DNA of 64,000 nt. Source: Sminthopsis crassicaudata (taxonomy: Eukaryota). A program made the position numbers and the translations under genes. The DNA is taken from the NCBI RefSeq assembly GCF_048593235.1, contig NC_133619.1, forward strand, positions 176,528,454 to 176,592,453. Reading direction: 5' to 3'. Below are positions 10,651-25,399 of this stretch, piece by piece (positions within the stretch are counted from its first letter, which is position 1; every line of letters starts with the position of its first letter). The notes under the pieces were generated by a model. The model was given only the letters and a program-made list of their open reading frames with translations. It made no database searches and was not told the origin of the DNA.

Positions 10651-12079
10651 AGAAATATGAATTTATGAGAACACATGGCCAGGAATCAAATAGGATGAGC
10701 AGACACAGATGAAGTTCAGTCAGCATTATTGGAGATAAATTGTATCAGAGAGAAGGTCACAGATCAGTTTGATTATGTGAGTATTTGGAAAAACAGATAC
10801 ACGGCTTCATAGGTGTTAATGTTATGTTGCTTGTGTGTTTTCTTAATCCAAACTTAGAAGTAGGGAGTATACTTCTAGGGGAGTTACAATGATGAGAAAT
10901 GGAGAGCTTTGAACACGCATTCTGCAGCTGCTTCAGGTCTGCTGACCACAAAGAGAGGAGGAATTTTGTTCAATTGATTTTCATTTCAATTGAACCTAAA
11001 CTGAGAATCACAAAAAAGTCAAATTCAGTTCAGCCTAGTATCTTTGGATTGGTCTCTTCATCTGTTCTTATTATGGATGGAGAGACAATACTAGTGTGAT
11101 ACAGTATTGTAGAGGGAGAGGTCTTGAGGATGTCTCACTGTTAAGGCCAGATAGCCCTGAGAAAGAGACCTTAGTTCTTGACCTCTATGTTTTTACTCCC
11201 CATCCCTTTCTAAAAGATTCCACTCTTGTGAGCTGAAAAAGATCATGAGAACTGTAATAGAGGATGATCAAATTTCTCCCAAAGCAATATTTCTTTTGAA
11301 TTTGGGGTACAAAATAAAAGCAACTTCCTTATTTGTCTTTTTAAGGATAACCTATGGTCTATTCTTCCAACTTGCTTATTTCTGGATTCTTTATAAGAAT
11401 GTCAATATTGATAAGATTCAGATCCTCAAGTCATTGAATGAAGAACTCACATTTAGAGTATCAATAGCTAAACTAATATTTATAGATGACCAAAAAACTA
11501 CGATATTATGGATGCTCTGTGGTTCTAGAACTATAGCTAAAGACTTTTAAGCATGGTAGCACCTACCCATGCTTGCAGTCAGTCCACTGGCTGTAGCCTT
11601 CAAGAACCCAGGGTAACTTCTACATCACATTAATACATCAGAGTAAACCTTGTGTTGGACTGCTTTTTTTTTTTTTTTTAAATAGGATAGGGATGGTGAC
11701 CAGACTGATTTTTCAATGATAAGTCTGAGATGAACAAATTCCTTCTAATAATATAGGAATACACCTTCTCTGATTCTCCTAATTTTAAAGAGGTACATAG
11801 AGCAAATGTGTCAAGCTAGAACCAGATTAAAATGTAATTGAGAAACAACCATGAGTCCAGAGGACCAATGAATGATGAAGCATGTTATCTACCTTATAAT
11901 AAGAGGTAATGGACTCAGGGTACAGAATGAGACCTTGTTTTTGCTTGACTATGTATATTTATTACAAGAATTTTGTTTTGTTTTGTTTTAGTTGACCCCG
12001 GGGGGTAGAGTGGGGAGAAATGTTGGGAAATGGAAGAAGTGAAAAATAAATGGTTATTAATTGAAAAAATAAAATCAAA

Positions 12080-15000
12080 ATATATAAAATAAATAGGAAG
12101 AAAATCATTTTGGGAGCTGCGTAAAGGATAGATTAGAAAGGGACAAAACTAGAAACTATAACTGCAATTATAAGACTATTATCACAATCTAAGCAAGAAG
12201 TAATGGCAGCCTGAACTGGTTAAGAGGTATTGTGTGAGTAGAGAGGAGAAGTTGAATAAGAAATCTATTATGGAAATAAAATTGGCAAATTTTGGCAACT
12301 GTGCTTGGGTTTATAGGCAAGAGGAGAGTGAAAAATCAAAACTAACACTAAAACAGTGTAGTAGACTAGAAGAATGGCAATATCTTTGATAACTATTATT
12401 CAGTCATGTATCCTTGTGATGATCCCATTTGGAGTTTTCTTGGCAGAGTTACTGGAATGGTTTGCTACTTCCTGCTCCAGCTTATTTCATAGATGAGGAA
12501 CTGAGGCAAACAATTAACTCAGGGTTACAGAGCTAATTAGTATCTGAGGCCAGATTTGAATTCAGAAAGTTGAGTTTTCCTAACTCCAAGTCTATCACTC
12601 TATTTGGTATATCACCTAGCTGCCCTGGACAGAAATTAGAGAAGTGAATTTAAGAAGGAAAATAAGTTCTGGTGGGCTGCAGCCCATCAGAGACAATTTG
12701 TATTTGATGAATGACCAAAAATATTATAGAATACCATGTAAAGCTGGAAAAGGAGATGGGTAAAGTCATGCAGCAAGAATGAAAGACAACAGCCTGAGTG
12801 TTACATCAGTACCCAGACTCTAAAAGAATTAAGAGGAAAGCCTCCAGATTTTGTATGGAGCATTTATTAGAAAACATGTACAAGAATTCCACAGTTTGAG
12901 AAGTCATGGAGAGGTTAGGATCTGCACAAGGGGAGGGAGTATTCACATTAATGAAATCATAGATCTACTAAAATACCAAATGTTTCCACTTTCAACTTGT
13001 GGAAGTTTTTGAACAGAATGTTTCCAGCCAATTGCATGAATCAAAGTGGTGTGCAGCATTTCAGGAAGGAAGGCAGAAACAATAAAAATGATGAAATTGT
13101 TGTTGTTACTACCCAGGGGAGCTGATTCCCTTTAAATCTTTTCCGGTCCCTCTCTGGGAGAAGTTTGACAGCTGAAGAAAGAACAGATTGAAGAAAGTCT
13201 ATTCTGAATAGAAGAAGATCAATTAGGGGTCTATTGCTGTACTTTAGAAAAGATGAGGGCCTGACTTAGGGTGATTTTGTTGTTAACAGAAAGGGGAGAT
13301 TCTAGAGAAGTGATGAAGATATAATTGACAAGACTTGGGGGTGATAGGGAGTGGAAAGGAGAGAGAAGGAAGAATTTACAATGACTCCTTTTTTAACTGG
13401 AGTGATTGGAAGAATGGTGGTTCTCTCAGCAGAAGTTGAGCCTTGTTGTAGTCATCTGTTGATCTCTAGTTCATTTCTCTCCTTTTGTAAATATTCAAAA
13501 CCCAGGTCAAAGGATTTTTTCCCTCCTACCTCTGCCTTCATCCATGCAAACGTCTGTATTTGTGTTAATTTCCCTTTAAACACAACTTCAAACACTGGTC
13601 TCTCAACTCAGCAAACTCTTCAACTTGTATGACTAAATGTTTCATGTTGGGTCTATCACTTCACACATTATACTTCATCATCATTCTAAAGTATACCATT
13701 TCCATGATTTTAAACTTTGAAATTCCCCTGCCTGATCATAATCTATCCTTCTATCTTTCTTCCAAACTGGTTCTTCATTATTCAGTTCATCATTCATCAT
13801 TCATCATTCAGTTAGCCAAATATTTATTAAGCATTTATTATGTTCCAGGTAGTGTTTTCAATATGACTTCCAATCCATCTGTCCTCTATTTTCTATTCCC
13901 ATTATTTCTGCCCTGGTTTCACCTTTTCCCCTTCAGACTTGACTTTTAGACGCTATCTTCCATTTACTACTTCCTCTGTTCACATCCTTGTGCCATTTCT
14001 TAGTACTAGACCATTTTTTTCTCTGCCTTTTTTTCTTGTACTCTCAAACTGCTGAATCATGCTAAATGAGCCCATTAAAAAAATTTTAAGTTATCTAACC
14101 TTAATTAGTCTCTTCTCTAATTGTGTCCCACTGATTTGATTTGTCCTGTCTCATTTTCAGCTTCTCCTTTTAGCTTTTTTCTCCCTGCTCACAAATATTG
14201 TCATAAATGTCTTACTTAACTTTGAAAAAATCTTCACTTGACCCTGAAATCCCTACAAGCTAATATTGTTTTTCTCTTTCAATGCCAAATTCCTAGAAAG
14301 AATTGTCATATATAATTTTTTTTCTGTGTGTGTTTTTCACCCCACCCACTCATTTCTCAAATCATTAAAATCCGGTATCTGTCTCCAGACTATATTTAAA
14401 TTGTTCTTTCAAAATTACAGTATTCTAGCTAGCTTAAACTCCTCCATGAAGCCTTCCTGGATCCTTCTAGTTATTAGGCCTTTTTCTTCCCTTTAGAGAA
14501 TCTAGGATATTTTGATCTATCTTTTGCCTTTTTTACTCCCTATTCAATAGTATACTTATCTTTGTACATGCTGTATTTCCTTAAGGTTAAAAATTGCTTT
14601 TTTGTGCACTTAATAAATGCATGCTGAATTGAATTAAAACTTTCGGATTATAATCTATTCATCATTTTGGGACAGCCTCTACTATTAACAAAATTATTAT
14701 GCTGCATGATAAATAACACAAGCAGTTCTGCTCTTGACTCTGCAGACTTTCTCCACCATGGTACAGAAGCTTCCTTTTCCCCAAAATTTACCTCAGTCTT
14801 GGATTTTGCACAATGGAAGCATTCCTAGCCACCTCCCACATACCTCTTTCCCCACCCTTCACTCTGAATGGCTGGTCCCTCCCAGAATGTCCTGGTCATT
14901 TTCTTTGCAGGTTCCACTCTTTGCTTTCCAGACTTTCTTGACCCCACACCAACTCCACCATAAACAATCTTAGCTCCCCCTCTCCACTTACTTTCAGCTT

Positions 15001-15100
15001 CCTTTAGTGATTTTTTCCCCCTCTCTCATTAGAATGTAAATTCATGAAGGTAGGGTTTTTTTGTTGTTGTTGTTCACATTTGTAATCCCAGCATTTAGCA
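12080..15100. mobile_element. Cluster of degraded L2 fragments (both orientations) with a MAR1 insertion
   Basis: L2-type pyrimidine-rich body and TATTTATTAAGCATTTATTATGTTCCAGG terminus at about 13820. Confidence 0.55.
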
Positions 15101-17074
15101 CCTAGCTTGACACATACTAAACAATAAAGGGTTTTTGGATTTAAAACTTGCTTGTTGAATAATTCTCCTAGACTGAATAAATTTTGACATGTAGGTCCAG
15201 TAGAAGAACAGTGAACTGCTCTGGAATCTTGGCTCTTCTATGTGAAGTTGGGCAGTTATTTAACCCCTGGAGCTCAATTTCCTCATCTATAAAATGGGGG
15301 TATTGGACTAGATCATCTCTGAAATTCTTTCTACCTTCACATTGTGTACTTCTGTGAAATTAATACAAATGCCATTTTACTGTGACATTGGTTTACTGAC
15401 AACAAAGATAAAATTACTGGTGTTTTAGAACAAATGGAAAGCTGTAGGTATTGAGAGGAAACCCACAACTCTCAAATAAAGCTGGAAAAATATTCAGTTA
15501 ATGAGTGAAGAAAATATTAAAATCCTAATAATAATATTCTCTGTATTTGTCATAAGGTTATAAATTGGGGCTTTTTGGATCAATCATCATAGATTAACTT
15601 GCTATTATAACACGACACTGAATTATAGATAATCTGTAATGAAAAATATCACTTTGTTTTAGAAGGAGTAAGTCATCTTTTAAATTATACACATATTTTT
15701 TAATTTACAATCCCATTAAGTGGCCATACTGTACTATGGATATGCAGTACAAATGGAATGATATATACGTCAGCATAATATCATGAAAAGAGATGGAAAA
15801 TATCTCTCAGGTTCTAAGGCAATATTTTGTTTGTCCTTCTGAAAGAGGACCATGACATCAGGAAGGAGATATCATGACATGTAAACAAATTCGATTTAAG
15901 TGAGAGTGGGCTGTGCAAAGTCACTGCCTCACTTTCTCATCCAGAACCATAAGTAAGTATGTAAACAGAGGCAGAAGATCTATGGTAGCTAGGGACTAGA
16001 TAATAAGAGGATGTGATAAGGGGAAAAGAATGAATTTGGAGATAGGCCCTGGTTTCCTTATTTGGAGATAGAGGACCTGGGTTTCATCCCAATTCTATTT
16101 CTTACTACCTGTGTATCTTTGGAGAAATCATTTAATCTCTCTAGGCCCCACTTTCCTTTTCTTAAAAAATAAGGGGGTTGAATTATCTTTTCTACTTGCT
16201 AGGTGACTTGGTGGGATAGAGCTAAATGACATGGACAAAAATAGGCGAATTAAAAAGAAAACCCACATAAGGAGTGAAATAGAGTTGAAGTGAGTTTTTG
16301 AGAAAAGAAAGGTCATTCTAGAGGATGTGTCCTCTAACAATAGCTTATAGATACTATGGTCAGGAATGAACTGGACATGTAGATTTGGTACTCCATTACC
16401 ACAGATTCTACAATTGAAGTATTGCAGAGCAAGTTAGAGTAGAAGAATAGGAAAAATGAGAGCTATGTAAAATGAATTTGAAGAAATAATGAATTAATCA
16501 AATGGAAACATTCAGTAATCAGTAGGAAAAATGAAATAGATCTTTGGTGAACACAAAAACCTAGGAAAAAATAGATCTGGGAATCATCATTATAGAGTCA
16601 TGAAACTTAGTGAACTTTTTTTTTTTTTTTTAATTATATTATTGGAGTTAATTGATTTGGCCAGAGTCATATAGCCAGTAAGTGAATATAGGTCCTTTTG
16701 ACTCCAGAAATAGTGCTTTATCTACACCACCCACTTGCTCCAAAAAAACTCTCTAAAAGAAGAAGTCTAGAGGAAGTAATTTTTTTTTTTTTTGGTTAAT
16801 TTCCAGTAAAAATTCTTTTTGGTACTTATTTTGAATTTTCCTTTCTGGACTAAAAAAAAAAAAAAAAAAGAACAAGTTATAAAAAAAATCCTTCATAAGT
16901 TTTCTGAATAAACAATTTTCTCACCAAGGGACCAATTCTGCTAGCTTATCTTAAATTGTCCATTATAAGGGAGTTAATTATTTAAGCCAATGGTTTCATA
17001 CTCAAGTAGAAAGAGATCTCTGAGTTAACCCATGTTGACTTAGACAATTACATATTAACATTATCTATGTTGTG

Positions 17075-20000
17075 TTGTATTTTTATTTTGTTAAACAACT
17101 CCAAATTGCATTATAAAATTTTCAGTTCTAAATTCCCTCCCTTCTTCAAGCCCCTCTCCCATCCCTTGAGAAGGCAAGCAGTATGATATCAGTTCTACAT
17201 GTGGTTGTGCAAAACATATTTCCATATAAGCCTTGTTGCAAAAAAGCAAGAAAAATAAAAGAGAATATGCTTCAATATGTACTCAGAATATATCAGTTCT
17301 TTTTTTGAAAATGAATGGTATTTTCATCATGTGTCTGTTAGAAATATCCTGGATCATTGTGTTGAGCTCATAGCTGTATCTTTCAAGTTGATTATGGTTA
17401 CAATATTGCTATTACTGTGTACAGTGTTTTCCTGGTTCCAATTCACTTTGCATCAGTTCATATGTGCCAAGTTGTTCTAAAATCATCATTTCTAAAATAT
17501 CATTTCTTGTAGTACTTCATCACATAGTATTTCATCACAATTATAAACCACAACTTGTTTAGCTATTTCTTAATTGAGGTCATTACCATGATTGACAATT
17601 CTTTGCCACCACAAAAAAAGAGCAGTCGTAATTATTTTTGTACATATAGATCCTTTTCCTTTTTCTTTGTTCTCTTTGAGGTACATATCTGGTAGTGATA
17701 TTGCTAGGTCAAAGTTATGCGCAGTTTTACAGTTCTTTGCTTATAGTTCCAAATTGTTCTCCAGAATAACTGGATCAATTCACAACTCCAGTGTAGCTCC
17801 ACCAAGACTAGTACTGATTTTTCTACCTCTCTGCTGGCATTTATCATTTCCCTTGCCTTACATGTAACCAGTCTTATATCTATGAATGGTAATTCAGAGT
17901 TGTCTTAATTTACATTTCTCTGTTAGTGATTTAGAACATTTTAATATGACTTGATAACTTTGATTTCTTTTGAAAACTATTAATATCTTTTGATTTAGGG
18001 AATTGGCTCTTATTTATATACATTTCCCCATATAGCCTATATATTTGAAAATGTAGTTCCATATATATTTGAGAAATGAGACCTTTATCAAAGAAACTTT
18101 TTGTAAGTTCTTCTCACCCCATTTTCCTGTTTTCCTTCTAATTGGTTGCGTTGACTTTGTGCAAAAACTTTTAAATTTCATGCAATCAAAATAATCTGTT
18201 ATACTTCCCATGATCCTCTCTATCTCTTATTTGGTCATAAACTTTTCCTTATCCATAGATTTAACAGGAAATTTTCCTGTGCTTCCTAAATTTATGATAT
18301 CACCTTTCATGTCTAAATCACATACCCACTTTGACTTTATCTTAGTATATAGTGTAAGATGCCTATGCCTATGTCTATGTCTACTTTTTGCCAGACTACT
18401 TTCCAGTTTTCCCAGCAATTTTTGTCAAATAGTGACTTCTTGACCCAGTAATTTGGGCCTTTGGGTTAACAGATACTAGGTTACTTTGGTTACTTCTATA
18501 TGTTGTGTACTTAATCTCTTTCAGTGATTAACTAATTTATTTGTTTCTTAGCCACTACTGATTTTTTGATGATTTACCACTTTGTAGTGCAGCTAGAGAT
18601 CTCATACTACTAGGCTGCCTTCACTTTCAAAAAATTGACTCCCTTGATATTCTTAACCTTTTGTTTTTCCAAATGGATTTCTCCTCCACTATTAGTTTTA
18701 TAAAATAGTTCTTTGGCAGTACTGAATAAAGTAGGTAATATCATCATTTTTATTATATTGTCTTGAATTACCCATGAACAATCTTTCACCAATTGTTAAG
18801 ATCTGACTTTATTTTGTGAAAACTACTTTGTATTGTGTTGTTCATGTATTTGTTTATTATTTTGTGTTCATATATTTTTTGTGGCTATCTTAGGAGGTAG
18901 ACTCATAGAGTATTTTATACTATCTGCCGTTATTTTAAATGTAATTTTTCTGTTTATCTCTTTGGTTTGGTTTTTGTTGTTGTTGTTGTTGGTAATATAT
19001 AAAAATGCTGATAATTTAGGTGGGTATTTATTTTACATTCAGAAAATCTGCTAAGATTATATGTGTTGACTAGTTTTATTTTTTAGTTGATTCTCTTGGG
19101 TATTCTTTAAGTATATCATCATCATTTTATCTATAAAGAGTCATAGTTTTGTTTTCTATGTTCCTTTGTTACCTGTTCCTATTCTTTTGGTTTCTATTCT
19201 TTGTCTTATTACCATAGCTAGCATTTCTAGTATATATTGAATAATGATGATAATAATGGACATCCTTGCTTACCCTTATCTTACTGGAAAGACTTAAATT
19301 TTATCCCCATTATAGCTCTTGGTTTTAGATTGTTGCTGAAATTGAAAAATGGCTGAACAAAAACTTGTCATTTTAAGAAAAGCTCCATTTATTCCTATGT
19401 TTCCTAGATTAATAGGAATGCATTGTATTTTGTCAAAAGCTTTTTCTGAATTTATTAATATAATAGATCATATAGTCATAATATAATGCTATGATGTAAT
19501 TATATGATTTTTGATAGTTTTGTCAATGGTCAATAATTCTTAAAATTTTCCTAATAGTGGACCAGTCTTGTATTCCTGGTATAGCTCTGATCTGAACATA
19601 TTGCATAATTTTTGTGATATAGTGCTAAAGTCTCCTTGCCAATATTTTATTTAAAATTTTTATATTAATATTTATTAGGAAAATCATTCTACAGTTTTCT
19701 TTCTTTTTGCTCTTCTTGGTTTAGATATCACAACTATATTTGTGTCATGAAGGAATTTGGTAGAATTCCTTCCCTATGTTTTTTCAAGGAGTTTATATAG
19801 TATTGGAATTAATTTTTCTTTGGTAGAACTTGTTTGGTAAATCCATATAGTCCTGTGCTTTTTTTTTTTTTTCTCATTGGAGAGCTCATCTATAGTTTAT
19901 TCATGTTCTTTTCCTAAAGTAAAGTTATTTAAATATTCTGGTTTTTTCTGTTAATCCAGGGAATATATATGCACATATATATTCATAAGCATTAATCCAT

Positions 20001-22260
20001 TTCATTTGGATTGTCAGTTTTAATGGCATATGATTAAACAAAATAACTCAATTAATTTTACCATCTTTGGTTGTACATTCACCCTTTTCATTTTTGATTC
20101 TGGTAATTTTGTTTTCTTCTTTTAAAAAAAATCATATTATCCAGTGGTTATCTATTCTACTATTGTTTTTCATAAAACTAGCTTCCAGTTTTATTTATTA
20201 GTCCAATGATTGTTTTATTTTAAATCTCTCCTTTGATATTTAGGACTTCTATTTTGATGTTTATGCCCTCTTTTCAAGTTTTTTTAATTGCATGGCAAAT
20301 TTATTGATCTGCTCTATCTCTATTTTATTGATGTAAGTATTTAGAGAGGAAAATTTCTCTCTAAATACTGCTTCATCTGTATCTTACAATTTTTGATATG
20401 TTATTTTATTGTTGTTGTCTTTACTTAAATTTTTTTGAATAATAGTTTAATTTTCCCCAAACAATGTTAAAACAATTTTTTTAACATTTATTTATTTTGA
20501 GTTCCAAATTTTCTCCCTCCCTTCTGCTTCCTTCCTTCTTACCCCTGTTTTGGTATGATAATTAATTTGATATATAGGTTATGTTCACTTGTGCAAAACA
20601 TATTACCATATTAATCATATTGTGAAAGAATACATAGACTCAAAGATTAAAAACATGAAAAAATACAGAAAGTGAAAAATAGTACTCTTTGATCAGCATT
20701 CAGACTCCATCAGTTCTTTTTCTGGAAATGGTCATTTTTCATCATGAGTCCTGTGGAATTGTCTTGATCATTGTATGGTTAAGAATAACTAAGTCATTCA
20801 TAGCTGATCATCACTGTGTTATTAGTTAATCAGTTCACAACTCTACTAACAATGTATCAGTGTCCTAATTTTCCCACATCTCCAACATTTTGTTATTTTA
20901 GCCAATCTGATAGGTGTATGGTGGCACCTTAGAATTGTTTTAATTTATATTTGTCTAATTGCTAGTTATTTACAGTATTTTTTTATATGACTATAGAAAA
21001 CTTGGATTTCTTCATCTGATAACTGGGGAATGATTTGTATTCTAATAAATTTAATTCAATTCTCTTTATATTTGAGAAATGAGGCCTTTATCAGAGTGTT
21101 GTCATTATTATTAAAATGAGTGATTATTTCTATGATTTGTTCTTTGACCCACTCATTCTTTAGGATTGATTTACTTAGTTTTCCATAATTTTGTTTTTGG
21201 CTGAGGCAATTGGTACTTTCTTATATATATGTATGTAAGTATGTGTATGTGTAGATGTATATATTTATTTGCTGAGGCAATTGGGGTTAAGTGACTTGCC
21301 CAGGGTCACACAGCTAGAAAGTGTTAAGTATCTGAAGCCAAATTTGAACTCAGGTCTTCCTGACTTTACGGCTGATACTCTATCCACTGTACCATCTAGC
21401 TGCCCCCAATAATTTTTTTAATCTATACTTTATTTACTTTAAAGCCTATTTATTTTTTTTTAATTTATTTACTTTAAAGCCTCTTTATTAAATGGAATTT
21501 TTATTGCATTATAGTCCTCAAAGGATGCATTTAATAGTTCTGTTTTTTTTTTTTTTTCATTTGTTTGGGATGTTCCTAATACATGATCAGTTTTTATGAA
21601 GCTGCCATGCATAGATAAGAAAAAATTATATTAATTTCTATTCCCATTCAGTTTTTCCATAATTCTATCATAATAAACTTTTCTAATAATTCTACTTATT
21701 TTCTAAAATTAGTTCTAATTTATTTAATGGTTAGATTTATCTAGTTTTGTTGGGGAAAGTTTGAGATCCTTTACTAGTTTAGTTTTACTGTTTATTTCAT
21801 TCTGTAAATCAATAACTTTTCCTTTAAGATTTTGATTACTATATTATTTGGTATGTATATTGATATTATTGATATCAATATTGATATAATATTTTTTAAT
21901 ATTTTATTATTATTATAATATTATTGATATAATATTGATATTATTCATTGCTTATAGCTCTTTTGAGCAAAATGTGGTCTCCTTGATTATCTTTTTTAAT
22001 TAGATCTAGTTTTGTTTTTGCTTTGCCTGATACCATGATTGCTATCTTGCCTTTTTTTTTTTTTTAACTTCAAATGAAGAAAAACCAGAGTCTCTTTTAG
22101 TCCTTTATTTTTATCTTGGTGTTTATCTTTCCATTTCAAGTGTGTCTCTTATAAACAATATACTATTAGATTCTGATTTCTGATACAGTCTGTTAACTAC
22201 TTCCATTTTATGGATGAATTAATCTTATTCAGATTCATGGTTATAATTTTGGTGTATCTC
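17075..22260 (-). mobile_element. Long degraded L1 (ORF2 and 3' end) with nested insertions
   Basis: ORF-track peptides KFKSFCTK, LTLYTKIKSKWV and NIIKMMILP correspond to L1 ORF2 motifs KLKSFCT, LTPYTKINSRW and NIVKMAILP; many stops and frameshifts. Confidence 0.85.
21270..21407 (-). mobile_element. WSINE1-like SINE nested in L1
   Basis: GCTGAGGCAATTGGGGTTAAGTGACTTGCCCAGGG...CTAGCTGCCCC, near full length. Confidence 0.85.
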
Positions 22261-23499
22261 CATCCTATTGTTTTCTCTTTATTCACTTAAACTTCACTCT
22301 CATCTGAATTGATTCAAAAAAAAGAAGAATATATACACAGATTGGGTTAGTTCTAAAAATACATTTCACTCAATAAGGAAGGGGGCTAAAAAGGGGGAGA
22401 GGAGGAAGTTGATAAGACAGAGGGCACATAAGGGAGAAGTGATCAAAAGCAAAACAGACTTTAAGGAGGGACAGTGTTTAAAAAAAGAGAGATAAACTGA
22501 TTAGTTGTCTATTTGTTGGTCTGGTTAGATGATACTGCTGTGATCATTAATATATCTGGTTATGTTAGCATATTTGGCCTAGTTTTCTATCCTGAATTTG
22601 ACTTGAGTTTAATATGGCTTTATTTTCCATGAAATGAAAATTTCTCTATATAAAAACAATAGCAGTTTCTAACGAGGTTGTAACTGCAGGTTCAGTTGTG
22701 CCTATTCTATTTCCAGAAAAGTGGAACTTGCTATTAGTAATTTTAAAGAAATGTTATTAATAATAGGCACTGTGCTTCTGGGCAAGAATATGGAAACACT
22801 TTAATGGAAAATGTTTTTAAAGGTTATATGAATAATAGAAAAGTTATTGAAGATCATTGCTGTTCTGTAACTTTTCAGCTCTTTCAGCCAAGAGTCATGT
22901 TTCTAAAGAGAAAAGTAAATTTGAAAAAGAGATAGTGAAAGAAATTCAGAATATTTTAGAGTCACCTCACTCAAAGGCCACTTTCATTTTACCAAGTGAT
23001 TATAAAAAAGCCAAAGTGGTAAAATGAATCTAAAGCCTTGAAGTTTAAGTCAGACACATAGGTAGTAGCATTTCTTTCCTTCTAAACCTGATTCAGTCCT
23101 CTATGATAGCTGTGCCTATTGTATTCAACTCACCAAGGAATTCTGTTTATAAGAAAAATCAAAACTAACAATTTTCTTAACAATTTTTGACAAATTCTGA
23201 GTGTACTTCAGCAGTCAGGATTTTGGGGATTATTAATACAATTTACTCTGTTGGCTTCTCTATGTTGTATACTTAACCAGTTTCACTGTTCAACTTCTAT
23301 TTTTTTGTGGTTGTCCAGTTGTTTCATTCAAGTCCAACTTTTAATGATCCCATTTGGGATTTTCTTGGAAAAGCTACTAAGTGGTTTCCAACTCATTTTA
23401 TAAATGAGGGAAACTGAGGCAAATGTTCAAGGTCCCACAGCAAATAAGTTTTCTATCCATTGAACCACACTTTTTTTTTTTTTTAACCATTATAAATCA

Positions 23500-24150
23500 T
23501 TTTTATGAATACTGTTTTGTAGTTTGGAAGTAGGTTCTTTTTCTTCTATTTTTTTTAAATTTCCCTTGAGATTTTTGACTTTTTATTTCTATAAGTGAAT
23601 TTTCCCCCCAGTTCTTTTAAGATGATACTTTTATTGCCTGGTTGGAATGGCACTGAATAAGTAAATTGATTTATGTGGTATTGTCATTTTTATTATACTG
23701 ACTCAGTCCACTCATGAGTAATTTATATTTCTCCAATTATTTAGGTCCTTCTTTATTTCTATTGAGAGTATTTATATTTCAATATTTATATAGTTTCTTT
23801 GTGTGTCTTGGTAGGTAGGTATCCAAATACTTTGTACATTCTGTAGGGTTTTTTGTGGAGTTTTTTGCAAGACAATCTGGGTAAAGTGAAAAGCCTGTGC
23901 TAACCACTGTACCACCTATCTGCCCTCATTTTGTAATTTTAAAAAATGAAATTTCTCTTTCTGTCTTTACTTGCCGAGTTTCATGGGTAACATATAGAAA
24001 TGTAAAGATTTTGGTGAATTTTATATTCTGTAATCTTGCTTTTTACATTTTTTTCATTTAAATTTTTATTTATTTAAATTAGTTTTAGTTGATTTTTTAG
24101 AGTTAAGCCAACCATTATGTATCTGCAAAAAAGTGATATTAAATCAATAT
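23500..24150 (-). mobile_element. L1 ORF2 fragment
   Basis: Homologous to the 18600-19150 L1 segment (GGAATGGCACTGAATAAGTAAATT, GTATTGTCATTTTTATTATA). Confidence 0.7.
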
Positions 24151-25087
24151 CATTCTTTTGGTTTGCCCTATGTTATAGGTGTATACATATGTGTGTATAG
24201 GAGAGATGATTAGCATAATTCTCTTTTTCCCCAAAGTAGGTGTTTATGGTAACATTATTTCAGAAATTCTGCCAGCTTGTTTTCCTTCCTTGAGAGATTC
24301 AGATATAAGAGAAAATGAGTCAAAATTTTTCTTACTGTATGTAATTATTGTTTATGTGCTTATGTAACTATTATTACTATGGGTCTAGTATTATACTAAG
24401 TATATGGAGAATACCTTATGTTAAGTATGTGTTAAAGTGTATGACTTGAGTTGCTACCCCATAAGAAACTTTATATATTCCCCTAATAGGGAAACTTAAG
24501 GAAAGCAAAAGAGAAAGTGGAGATATATTGTATTCTCTATCACTTTCAGTTAGCTGTCTACCCTGCCTCGCCTTTTCCTGTATTTTCATATAATACACTC
24601 TCCCTACATGCAGAGGCTATTCACACATTTTTTTTGGTGTATTTTTTTAATAATAGTTTTTTTTATTTTCAAAATATGTGTCAAGATAGTTTTCACCATT
24701 TGCCCTTGCAAAATCTTGTGTTCCAATTTTTTTCTCCTCCTTTTCCCCCTACTCCCTCCCCTATACAGCAAATAATCCACTTTTTTTCTTTTTTCTTTTT
24801 TTTTTTTTTTTTTTGAGCAATCTAGCTCACCAGGCATGATTAGGCCAAGATTTAGGATTGGCTGTAATCAAACCTTGTCCTTATGTTACTCTGTTAATTT
24901 GCCCTGAATTCATTGCTCTCCAGTTCTGTTTCCCCCTAAGAGAGGAAGAAATAAAAGTATTTAGAGAGACAAACATGAACCAGGCATAGAATAGGCAATT
25001 TTATTTCCCATACAGAAAGAGTAATGATGAGCAGTACAAAAGCAAAAAATAATTACTATCAGTGGAGAGGCTAGTAAATCAGATAGA

Positions 25088-25395
25088 TGTAAGCCTTCGA
25101 TTGAAACTACCCAGTTGCTTCTGTGTGGTGTGACTAAGGGAGAACAATTTTAAATTGAATCAGCCCATTAGAATTTCGTGTGAAAAGGGCATATACACCT
25201 CCCTGACCCATTAAAGCTGTTTTGTGAGAGACTAGGTCAAAGCAATTTATATATAAGAGAAATGCTATCTCAGAAGAGAGGAAAGACCCTGTGGATCTGG
25301 AGAAAGCAGGATTGAGCTCTGTCAGAGATGGGAGAGATTGAGGAAGTTCATTGACTCTGAGATATCTCAGAGAGGAGAATCTAAGCTGAGAGAAG
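25088..25395 (+). mobile_element. Possible truncated LTR fragment
   Basis: TGTAAG start and TATATATAA at about 25248, followed by GA-rich R-like sequence cut off by an L1; no 3' terminus seen. Confidence 0.3.
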
Positions 25396-25399
25396 TTTC

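Noticed and set aside
11245-11550. 101-aa + strand ORF (MRTVIEDDQ...)
   Set aside because: No recognisable homology, composition typical of AT-rich non-coding DNA, and no good donor within the frame.
15429-15530. Possible decayed exon EQMESCRY*EETHNSQIKLEKYSVNE*RKY*
   Set aside because: Weak acceptor, three stops, and no convincing donor.
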